Source: Planctomycetota bacterium (GTDB taxonomy: Bacteria > Planctomycetota > Phycisphaerae > Sedimentisphaerales > Anaerobacaceae). From it: a stretch of DNA of 33,753 nt. The stretch is taken from positions 2,569,383-2,603,135 of the forward strand of contig CP070830.1 in the NCBI GenBank assembly GCA_020344865.1, read 5' to 3'. Below the pieces are notes generated by a model, which ran no database searches, was not told the DNA's origin, and saw only the letters and a program-made list of their open reading frames with translations. The position numbers and the translations under genes are program-made. Positions 9,021 to 17,232 of the stretch are shown here, in pieces (within the stretch, counting starts at the first letter, position 1; the number at the start of each line of letters is the position of its first letter).

Positions 9021-9831
9021 AGAAGCGAACATCGCTGATAAATTTCGGCGCGGCAACGCGATTTACCTGCCCAGCGGCGTCAACGTGATTGCAACCGGTG
9101 ACATACACGGCCACAGGCGAAACTTCGACAGAATCGTCGCCTATGCGGATTTAGAAAACAATCCCGAAAGACACGTCGTCCTGCAGGAAATCATACACGG
9201 AGGAACGGAGGACGCAGAAGGAGGGTGCCTGTCCTATAAACTACTGTTCGATGTTGTGCGTTACAAACTGAGCTTTGCCGACCGCGTCCACATTATTATG
9301 GGAAATCACGATATCTCATTTATCAACAACAGCGACGTGATGAGAGGCGGCAAGGAAATGAACCGCTCGATGCGTCTTGCCCTCGAGCGGGAATTCGAAC
9401 AAGACGGCAGTGACATCACACTGGCTATAAGCGATTGCTTACGTGCACAACCGCTGGCGGTCAAGTGCGAGAACAAGATATGGCTGAGCCATTCGCTGCC
9501 GGGCGACCGGCTGGCGGATAAATTTGACGGGCGGATTCTGGACAGGCCGCTGGAAGACGACGACATGGTCAAACCGGGCTCGGCTTATCTTCTGACGTGG
9601 GGGAGGAAACACAGTCAGAAAACGCTCGACAAAATGGCAGAGCTGCTTGGTGTAGATATTTTCATTCTGGGCCATCAGGCACAGCCGGAAGGATGGAGCC
9701 GGGCCGGCGAGAATCTTATCATTATCGCCTCCGACCACAACCACGGCTGTCTGTTACCCGTCGACGCGGGGAAATCCTACACTGTAGAGACACTGGCCGA
9801 GTCGATAGTGTCGCTGGCGTCCATATCCTGA
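8983..9831 (+). CDS. Calcineurin-like metallophosphoesterase (PPP/ApaH-like phosphatase)
   Basis: 282 aa with motifs GDIHGH (nt 9097-9114), GNHD (IIMGNHDISF) and a later GH (ILGHQAQP). Its ATG at 8983 overlaps the kinase 3' end by 38 nt. Confidence 0.8.
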   Translation: MPQTIVELLNEGKEANIADKFRRGNAIYLPSGVNVIATGDIHGHRRNFDRIVAYADLENNPERHVVLQEIIHGGTEDAEGGCLSYKLLFDVVRYKLSFADRVHIIMGNHDISFINNSDVMRGGKEMNRSMRLALEREFEQDGSDITLAISDCLRAQPLAVKCENKIWLSHSLPGDRLADKFDGRILDRPLEDDDMVKPGSAYLLTWGRKHSQKTLDKMAELLGVDIFILGHQAQPEGWSRAGENLIIIASDHNHGCLLPVDAGKSYTVETLAESIVSLASIS

Positions 9832-9838
9832 AGTATAG

Positions 9839-9867
9839 TTGACAATCCAGCAAGTAAAGCAATAATC
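9839..9867 (+). promoter_or_regulatory. Candidate promoter immediately upstream of the glycosyltransferase ATG
   Basis: TTGACA (9839-9844), a 17-nt spacer, then ATAATC (9862-9867). The ATG is at 9875, and the 7 intervening nt contain no Shine-Dalgarno sequence. Confidence 0.3.
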
Positions 9868-9874
9868 AATCGGC

Positions 9875-11089
9875 ATGGACTGGTATTACTATATAGCCGG
9901 CGTGCTGATTCTGTCGCAAGTGCTCATTTTGCTTCATGCGTACAGAAACTATCACTACGCTCTGAGCAAATACAGTAAGACCCGTTCAAAGTATCGTCCG
10001 CGAACCGTGCTCATAGTACCCTGCAAGGGAAAGGACCTGGCCTTCGAGCACAATGTCACTTCCTTTTTCAATCAGGACTATGAAAATTATCTGCTCTGGT
10101 TTGTGGTTGCGGAGGAGTCGGACCCGGCCCATGAGGAACTGTGCAAATTGAAAGACCGTCTGAGCGGCGGCTCAAAGGCTCAAGATGTGCAGGTGTTGGT
10201 GGCAGGTCACGGGCAAACGTGCAGTCAGAAAATTCACAACCTGCAGTACTGCTACGAAAGGTTGAGCGATGACATCGAGGTCATGGCCTTCGCCGATTCA
10301 GACGCCTGCGTCCGAAGAGACTGGCTGAGTCACATTGTGCATCCGCTTCGAAAATCCAAGAACGGGGCGGCCAGCGGTTATCGCTGGTTCGTAACAAGAA
10401 AGAACAATCCGGCCAGCCTGGCGCTGTCGGCAATGAATGCCAAGGTTGCGCAGCTGCTTGGTAACAGCCCATTCAACCAGGCGTGGGGCGGCTCTATGGC
10501 CATTCGAGTTGACGTCTTTCGGCAGTTAGGGCTCGAGGAGATTTGGCCGAAAGCCTTGAGCGATGATTTGTCGCTGAGCTACGCTGTCAAAAAAGCAAGG
10601 AAAAAAGTGGTTTTTGTGCCGGCCTGTCTCGTGGCGTCATACGAATCGACCGATTGGGACAAACTTTTTGAGTTCGGCCGGCGACAGTTTTTAATAACCC
10701 GCGTGAGTAACCCGGGAACATGGTGGTTCGGACTGCTGAGCAGTTTGTATTCGGTACTGGGTCTGTGGGGGGGCGCTGCCGCCACATACTACGCTGCAAT
10801 GAGCGGAGGCAAAAACGTGTTTGTATTTGCCGCGGTACCGGCAGCATTTCTGGCAGGTCAGATGTGGCGAGCGGTACTGAGACAAAGAATGATTAGTAAA
10901 CTGCTGAAAGAGGATTTGCCGAAGATGAAGGTCGCTATGGCCGCTGATATACTATTGTTCTGGGTATGGTCGATACTTCTGCTGGTTATCATTATCTCTT
11001 CGGCCTTCGGAAGAACGGTGACGTGGCGAGGAATACGCTATAAGCTGCTCGGGCCAACCAAAACAATCGTGCTCGGCCCTGTAGCGTAA
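9875..11089 (+). CDS. Membrane-bound GT-A glycosyltransferase (GT2/GT21, ceramide-glucosyltransferase-like)
   Basis: 404 aa with an N-terminal TM segment. Motifs: VLIVPCKGKD, the DxD-like FADSDA, and GGSMAIR. Several C-terminal TM segments are present (WWFGLLSSLYSVLGLWGG..., ILLFWVWSILLLVIIISS). Confidence 0.72.
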   Translation: MDWYYYIAGVLILSQVLILLHAYRNYHYALSKYSKTRSKYRPRTVLIVPCKGKDLAFEHNVTSFFNQDYENYLLWFVVAEESDPAHEELCKLKDRLSGGSKAQDVQVLVAGHGQTCSQKIHNLQYCYERLSDDIEVMAFADSDACVRRDWLSHIVHPLRKSKNGAASGYRWFVTRKNNPASLALSAMNAKVAQLLGNSPFNQAWGGSMAIRVDVFRQLGLEEIWPKALSDDLSLSYAVKKARKKVVFVPACLVASYESTDWDKLFEFGRRQFLITRVSNPGTWWFGLLSSLYSVLGLWGGAAATYYAAMSGGKNVFVFAAVPAAFLAGQMWRAVLRQRMISKLLKEDLPKMKVAMAADILLFWVWSILLLVIIISSAFGRTVTWRGIRYKLLGPTKTIVLGPVA

Positions 11090-11156
11090 GGTTTACGGCC
11101 ATCAAAAGAACTGAATAATTATTGTTCGCAGACCAGTCAGTAAGAGAGAACTGAAA

Positions 11157-13373
11157 ATGAGATACAGAACTATTTTTCTTAGTGCCGTTGTATTATTACT
11201 GTTGGTTAATCCGACGAATTGTTTTTCATCCAACCAGGAGGATACACAGGCCTTTATCAAAGGTGCAGAAACCATTGCATGTGCCGAGGGCTGGTTCGAC
11301 CGTCCGATGAGATGGGCGCAACTGACGCTCGTGGAAAACGACCCCGGGCGATACGACCCGCAATTCTGGCTGGATTATTTCAAGCGGACGCATTCGGATG
11401 CCGCTTGCCTCAGCGCAGGTGGGTGCGTGGCCTATTATCCTACCGAGATTGAGCTGCACCATCGCAGCGCGTGGATGGGGGATACGGACCCATTCGGCGA
11501 GCTGGTGGCGGGGTGTCGGAGGATGGGAATGGTGGTAATTGCACGCACGGACCCCCACGCCGTACATCAGGATGTTTACGAGGCCCATCCGGACTGGGTA
11601 GCCGTCGACGCCGAGGGGCGCAAGCGGCGTCACTGGTCGTCGCCGGATATGTGGGTGACATGCGCATTAGGGCCGTACAACTTCGAGTTCATGACGGAAG
11701 TGCACAAGGAGATCATGTCACGTTATATGGTGGACGGTATCTTCAGCAACCGCTGGTCGGGGTCGGGGATGTGCTACTGTGAGCACTGTCAGCGCAATTT
11801 CAAGGAGTACTGCGGTCTGGAGCTTCCACGCACGACGAATCCGCAGGAACCGGAGCTTCGCAACTATATCGTATGGCGACAGAAGAGACTTTTCGAACTC
11901 TGGGCGCTCTGGGATAGAGAAATTCGCAAGATAAATCCGAAGGCCCGCTATATTCCAAACTCAGGCGGCGGAGCTATGACGTCTCTTGATATGAAAAAAA
12001 TCGGTCAGTTAGCCGACATACTTTTTTCCGACAAACAGGCGAGGCGGGGAGTCGCACCACCCTGGGTAAACGGTAAAAGAGGCAAGGAATTCCGCGCGAC
12101 ATTGGGGCAAAAGCCCATAGGCGGTATTTTCAGTATGGGTCTGGAGGAGCCGTACCGGTGGAAAGATTCCGTGCAAGGTGAGGCGGAGATTCGCATCTAC
12201 GTCGCCGATGGAATCGCAAATGGTCTGCGGCCGTGGTTCACGAAGTTTTCCGGTTATCTTTATGACAAACGATGGCTCAGTGTCGTAGAGGATATTTACA
12301 ACTGGCACTGGCGGGCCGAACGGTATCTGCGCAACGAAGCGCCTCTGGCGCGAGCAGCGATGGTCTATTCACAGCAGACGGCGGCCTTCTACGGCGGCAA
12401 GGATGCCCGAGAAAAAGTAGAAAACCACCTGCTCGGAATGTATCACGCGCTCATCGAGGCCCGCATCCCATTCGAGATGGTTCACGATGGACTGTTGGAC
12501 AGCGAACACGTCGACCAATTCAAAACGTTGATTTTGCCCAACATCGCAGCTCTTTCGGACGAGCAGTGCCAACAGATTCGCGATTATGTCAAGCGCGGAG
12601 GCAGTATCGTGGCTACATACGAGACTTCTCTCTATGACCAATGGGGCGTTCGGCGGGAGGACTTCGGGCTGGCAGACCTCTTCGGGGTTGAGTTTAAGGG
12701 TAAAATCGAAGGCCCGATGAAGAACTCTTATCTGCGCATTGAGAAGGACCCCGTAACCGGCAAACACCACCCGGTGCTGGCTGGCCTGGAGGATGCCGGA
12801 AGAATAGTAAACGGCATCTACCGACTGCACGTTGACGCACGGGCGAAAACGCCCAATCCGCCGCTTACGCTGATACCATCGTACCCCGACCTGCCTATGG
12901 AAAAAGTCTATCCGCGCGAGCCTAAAACGGACGTGCCGGAAGTTTACCTACACGAACTCGGCAAGAGCCGAATCGTTTATTTTCCGTGGGACATAGACAG
13001 GAGCTTTTGGGAGATTATGAACGTCGACCACGGCAGGCTGCTGCGCAACGCCGTAGAGTGGGCCACAAACGAGGAAAAACCGGTGACGGTCAGCGGCCCG
13101 GGAGTCCTTGATGTCACTGTATGGCGGCAGAAAAACTCTATGACCGTGCACTTAGTCAATCTGACCAATCCGATGATGATGAAAGGCCCATACAGGGAAC
13201 TGATACCTGTCGGTGAGCAAACGGTGCGGCTGCGGCTACCAGAGGGCAAAAAGGCCAAGTGCATCCAACTGCTGCGAGCCGGACGGATACCCGAAGTAAC
13301 AGAGACAGAGGGACACTTAACCGTAACAGTACCGTCCATACTGGACCACGAAGTCGTTACCATTGACCTGTAG
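11157..13373 (+). CDS. Secreted putative glycoside hydrolase (GHL6/GH42-like with a beta-galactosidase-trimerisation-type domain)
   Basis: 738 aa with a signal peptide (MRYRTIFLSAVVLLLLVNPTNCFS). The N-terminal region resembles hypothetical glycosyl hydrolase family GHL6 (WLDYFKRTHSDAACLSAGGCVAYYPTE). The central segment LILPNIAALSDEQCQQIRDYVKRGGSIVATYETS looks like the GH42 middle domain. The family call is from memory of motifs only. Confidence 0.6.
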   Translation: MRYRTIFLSAVVLLLLVNPTNCFSSNQEDTQAFIKGAETIACAEGWFDRPMRWAQLTLVENDPGRYDPQFWLDYFKRTHSDAACLSAGGCVAYYPTEIELHHRSAWMGDTDPFGELVAGCRRMGMVVIARTDPHAVHQDVYEAHPDWVAVDAEGRKRRHWSSPDMWVTCALGPYNFEFMTEVHKEIMSRYMVDGIFSNRWSGSGMCYCEHCQRNFKEYCGLELPRTTNPQEPELRNYIVWRQKRLFELWALWDREIRKINPKARYIPNSGGGAMTSLDMKKIGQLADILFSDKQARRGVAPPWVNGKRGKEFRATLGQKPIGGIFSMGLEEPYRWKDSVQGEAEIRIYVADGIANGLRPWFTKFSGYLYDKRWLSVVEDIYNWHWRAERYLRNEAPLARAAMVYSQQTAAFYGGKDAREKVENHLLGMYHALIEARIPFEMVHDGLLDSEHVDQFKTLILPNIAALSDEQCQQIRDYVKRGGSIVATYETSLYDQWGVRREDFGLADLFGVEFKGKIEGPMKNSYLRIEKDPVTGKHHPVLAGLEDAGRIVNGIYRLHVDARAKTPNPPLTLIPSYPDLPMEKVYPREPKTDVPEVYLHELGKSRIVYFPWDIDRSFWEIMNVDHGRLLRNAVEWATNEEKPVTVSGPGVLDVTVWRQKNSMTVHLVNLTNPMMMKGPYRELIPVGEQTVRLRLPEGKKAKCIQLLRAGRIPEVTETEGHLTVTVPSILDHEVVTIDL

Positions 13374-13441
13374 TAAGGAATTGCAACCGAGCAGCGCCAT
13401 TAGACTCGTAGGGGGAAAGTAACGCTCAAGGCGGTGTTAGG

Positions 13442-14497
13442 TTATTCGACGTCGGCGATGTCGCTTTTGGGTCTTCCAACCAGATAGATTCTGTTTTTTC
13501 CGCTGCGCTTAGCATCCAGCAGCGCAGTATCGGCCTGGCGGAAGAGCTGCTGCATCGTCGAACCATCGCGGGGGAAGCTCGCCAGACCGCCGCTTATCGT
13601 CAGGACGCCTTTGCCTTCGGGGCCGAGCAAATGAAGCTCGGCTTTTCCCAATTCCTTTCTGAAGCGCTTCGCCACGAAGATGGCCTCTCTCGGATGGTCG
13701 ACCGCCGCCGAGCGTCTTTCGGTCTGCTCGGCGAGCGCTTTTCTTCGAGGGTCATCCCAGAAAACGGCTGCAAATTCGTCGCCGCCGATTCTGCCAACTA
13801 CATCGTGGGCCCGGCAGCTCCGCTGCATTAGAACGGCGGCCTGTTTTAGTATTTCATCGCCGGCCGAATGGCCGTAAACGTCGTTGTAATGCTTAAAGTT
13901 ATCGATATCGAAGATGAGCAGCGTTACTCTGCCGTTTTCTTTCCTGGCGTGCTCAATAATCTGTCTGGCAAATTCCCAAATGTACCTTCGGTTCTTCAGT
14001 CCCGTCAAATCATCCTCAGTAGCCAACTTCTCAAGCTGCTTTATCCTCGCGTCCATCGGGCGGGCAACAGGTGGAGCTGCGGGCAATTCGACCTTCGGCC
14101 GGGGACGCGTCGAGACAACAGATTCGTAAAAGCCGCCCGCCTGAACGGGGCAGACGAGATAATCGTCCGCCAACGCGGCACCGTTAAATGTCGAGCCGAC
14201 AAGCTGAATAGCGAGGGGCTCTTGATGCATCTGCGCCAGAAGAACAATTTTGGCAGAGGCACTGGCCGCTCTTAAGGACTTCAAGTCAGAATTTAATTTA
14301 GCGGCGGTGCCGGAGATTACGACAGCAACGGCCGTAAAATTGTTTTTCGCGGCCGCGTCGATGGCATCCGATATATTTCCGTGTATTTCGCAGGGCAGCC
14401 GACGAGCGGCATCGGTATCCAAAAAGGCCCTGCCGATATCACCCACCAGCAGGATTTTACACGCGTCCGTGTGAGAGGATGAATCAGAAGCTCCCAT
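13442..14497 (-). CDS. Diguanylate cyclase (GGDEF) with an N-terminal degenerate receiver-like domain
   Basis: 351 aa. The GGDEF domain includes TGLKNRRY, LIFDIDNFKHYND and RIGGDEFA. An RxxD I-site (RAHD) lies 5 residues upstream of GGDEF. The N-terminal ~120 aa look like a CheY fold (KILLVGD...KIVLLA). Confidence 0.88.
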   Translation of the reverse strand: MGASDSSSHTDACKILLVGDIGRAFLDTDAARRLPCEIHGNISDAIDAAAKNNFTAVAVVISGTAAKLNSDLKSLRAASASAKIVLLAQMHQEPLAIQLVGSTFNGAALADDYLVCPVQAGGFYESVVSTRPRPKVELPAAPPVARPMDARIKQLEKLATEDDLTGLKNRRYIWEFARQIIEHARKENGRVTLLIFDIDNFKHYNDVYGHSAGDEILKQAAVLMQRSCRAHDVVGRIGGDEFAAVFWDDPRRKALAEQTERRSAAVDHPREAIFVAKRFRKELGKAELHLLGPEGKGVLTISGGLASFPRDGSTMQQLFRQADTALLDAKRSGKNRIYLVGRPKSDIADVE

Positions 14498-14658
14498 TTC
14501 ACAAAATGGCCCAAAAAGCGCAAAAAAGCAAACGATTATCGGTCTTTAGAATAACATAATCAGCGAAAAAGTCAAACCTAATCCCCCCTTTGGCCCTACG
14601 CAGGACAGGTATTGTTCACGTAGATATTTGAACTACGGCCAGCCGTTCCATAACCGTT

Positions 14659-17106
14659 CTACTCATAATATGCCTGCTTGCGCCTGTACATCTCCAGCCT
14701 CCGTCCAATTCCAGCCGCCAGTTCCCTTGCCCCTAACAATTGTGCAACTTTCAAAGCCATTTCGGCTGTCCCAACGGCCTCGCCAAATCTTCCTACTCCT
14801 GCATACGCTGCCGCCAAGCTATCAAGTAATTTTGGCTCTTTATAAGCAGTTAGTTTACACCCGCGTTCGGCAATCTCGACAGCCCGAATTGGATCCCGGT
14901 AGCTCGCATCTGCACATGTTGCCAGGAACCAGCTCAGTTTATTAAGGACACTAACATAGTCCGGCTTCAAACGCAGTACCTGCTCCCAATGCTCAATTGC
15001 CCTGTCGAACTGGCCCAGACGACGATACGCTGTCCCCAAGTTACTATGTAACACCAATTCTGCAGGATTAACCTGCACCAACCGCTCCCATTGTTCGATG
15101 GCTTCCCGGAGCTTGCCTTGCTTGGCCAAAGCGTTGGCCAGATTACTCTGCGCCTCAAGATAGTCCGGCTTCAAACTCAGTGCTTCGTTGTAATGTGTAA
15201 CCGCTTCATCAAGCTTATTCATATCCATTAGAATATTGGCCAGACCGTAGTGTACTGTGGGCTGCTCGGGATTTAGCCGAAGTGATTCAGCATAATGCCT
15301 GATCGCCTCATCCTGCCTGCCCTGCTTGCGCAACATATCTGCGAGATATTCATGAACCTCATAACAAGCGGTCCTGTGCTGCTTAACCAAAGGACTATAA
15401 CCAACCTCGTAACAATCGGTCATGTGCTCCAAAGCATTTCTGTAATAGGTGATGGCCTGGTCGATTTTACCACTCTTGGAAAGAGCATTGGCTAACCTCA
15501 CATTTGCTTCAGAATAATTCGGTGCAAGTGTCCATGCCTTCTTATAGTGGAAAATGGCCTCATCGATTCTACCCCCCAAGAATAAAACGTTACCCAAATT
15601 ACCGTGCTCGCTATGCCCGTGCTCTGTCTCAATTTTTGGCGTAAAACTGTTGCAGAAGAGCACCAGCACCATCACTAAAACAGTCCACAACAACGCTCTT
15701 GCTTTGACGCCCTGCTTGACGTAACCAATGAAAGTCTGCAAGGCAAAAGCGGCATAAATAGCAAGTAAAGGTATGGCCAGCAGACGGTAACGCGCGGTCA
15801 CAAAAAAAGCAACAATAAAAATGAACTGTACTGCAATCAAGCCCAACAGCAGTAAATGCTTGCGCCACAATTTAAGACTTAAACATATACCAACAAGCCC
15901 GAAAGGTATAATCAGCCCCGATGGAAACGCAATAATCCTTTTCCACAACAACACGCTCAATACAGTTGAGTATCGCCGAAAGGCATACAGGTTCGCATTG
16001 CGCGGGATCTCCACTCCGTTAAAAAGCTCAAATAGTTTAAGCCCCGTAAGCCTGATAAAATCCCCGGGCTTTTCAAAAATGTGTCGCAGGGTCTGACGAA
16101 CAAAATACCTGCTTTGGCCGAAAGCACTCTCAATGCCCTTCCGGCCGGGCTCATCCATGATGCGATGGAAATACATGAAATGTTCCGGATGATTGATGTT
16201 ATTGACCTCGCGAAGCTCCAAATGGTTACCAAGATAGAAATTGATACCGAGGTTTGTCGCGACAGGTAGAAATCCGGTCGAAGCAAGCTGTTTTAAGCCC
16301 ACTGGCTGCGGTTTTCCATCAACTATCGACCTGTCATACCTGACATTGTGCACAACCACCGGAAAGATAACAAGACCCACCGGTATCAACAGGGCAACGG
16401 CCTTCTTCCAAAACACCGTCCCTTCGGATTTGTCCGCGGGCTGGCTATTCTGACTCTGCGCCATATACATCCAGAATAGAACAACCGGAACAAACAGCAG
16501 GATTGCCCCCCTGTTGATAGCGGATAAGCCAATAACAAGTCCGGCCAAGGCCCACCAGGCTGCATGCCTGCGCCGGGATGCAAAAAGTAACAGCCAGATT
16601 ACCGATAGTCCCAAAAGCACATCAAGGCTGACGGACAGCAACTGACTATCAAAGTAAACAAGCGTCCCGTATAGACAGCATATAATCGCCGCCACAATCG
16701 ATACAAAACGACCGCTAAAGAGGGCCCGCGCAATAAGATAAACAAGCACACAACTTAACGAGCCCAGTGTTAGATGAACGATTTTGAGAAAAGTGATGTT
16801 TTGTCCGGCTGTCTTGTAGAGTATGCCAAGGAACAATGGATAAAGCGGAGGCCAGCTAAAGACCTGTCCATCAGGCCAAGTCCCGTCCACAAAACCAACG
16901 GCCATCGTATGGTACTGCTGTGAATCAATACCGCGGTAGTTATAAAATGGGGAATCTATGTTTTCCGCCAAGAAGGTCAGGCGCACCAACAGAGCGAAAC
17001 AAAAAATGGCAAACGGCACCCACCACAGGCCTCTGGTTGACAACGTACTTTGTCTCGAGTTGCCGGTCAACTTTCTGTTTTCCGTATTCGAACCTAATTT
17101 TGCCAT
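14659..17106 (-). CDS. GT-C fold glycosyltransferase (GT39/GT83, PMT/ArnT-like) fused to a C-terminal TPR array
   Basis: 815 aa. The N-terminal ~490 aa have at least 10 predicted TM helices, with a PMT_2-like first loop (SPFYNYRGIDSQQYHTMA...WPPLYPLFLG). The C-terminal ~320 aa form about 8 TPR repeats (for example AIEHWEQVLRLKPDY and AVTHYNEALSLKPDYLEA). Confidence 0.8.
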   Translation of the reverse strand: MAKLGSNTENRKLTGNSRQSTLSTRGLWWVPFAIFCFALLVRLTFLAENIDSPFYNYRGIDSQQYHTMAVGFVDGTWPDGQVFSWPPLYPLFLGILYKTAGQNITFLKIVHLTLGSLSCVLVYLIARALFSGRFVSIVAAIICCLYGTLVYFDSQLLSVSLDVLLGLSVIWLLLFASRRRHAAWWALAGLVIGLSAINRGAILLFVPVVLFWMYMAQSQNSQPADKSEGTVFWKKAVALLIPVGLVIFPVVVHNVRYDRSIVDGKPQPVGLKQLASTGFLPVATNLGINFYLGNHLELREVNNINHPEHFMYFHRIMDEPGRKGIESAFGQSRYFVRQTLRHIFEKPGDFIRLTGLKLFELFNGVEIPRNANLYAFRRYSTVLSVLLWKRIIAFPSGLIIPFGLVGICLSLKLWRKHLLLLGLIAVQFIFIVAFFVTARYRLLAIPLLAIYAAFALQTFIGYVKQGVKARALLWTVLVMVLVLFCNSFTPKIETEHGHSEHGNLGNVLFLGGRIDEAIFHYKKAWTLAPNYSEANVRLANALSKSGKIDQAITYYRNALEHMTDCYEVGYSPLVKQHRTACYEVHEYLADMLRKQGRQDEAIRHYAESLRLNPEQPTVHYGLANILMDMNKLDEAVTHYNEALSLKPDYLEAQSNLANALAKQGKLREAIEQWERLVQVNPAELVLHSNLGTAYRRLGQFDRAIEHWEQVLRLKPDYVSVLNKLSWFLATCADASYRDPIRAVEIAERGCKLTAYKEPKLLDSLAAAYAGVGRFGEAVGTAEMALKVAQLLGARELAAGIGRRLEMYRRKQAYYE

Positions 17107-17232
17107 TTCTTGTTTTTAGGCGAACCTATGCACAGAAAATCGCAAAGAGCGAAAACCTTAATACTCATCGGCGTTGATGGTGTGTCGACTTAAACTTAAG
17201 TCCCCCAACATGGCGTGGTGCGGACGGGGCGG

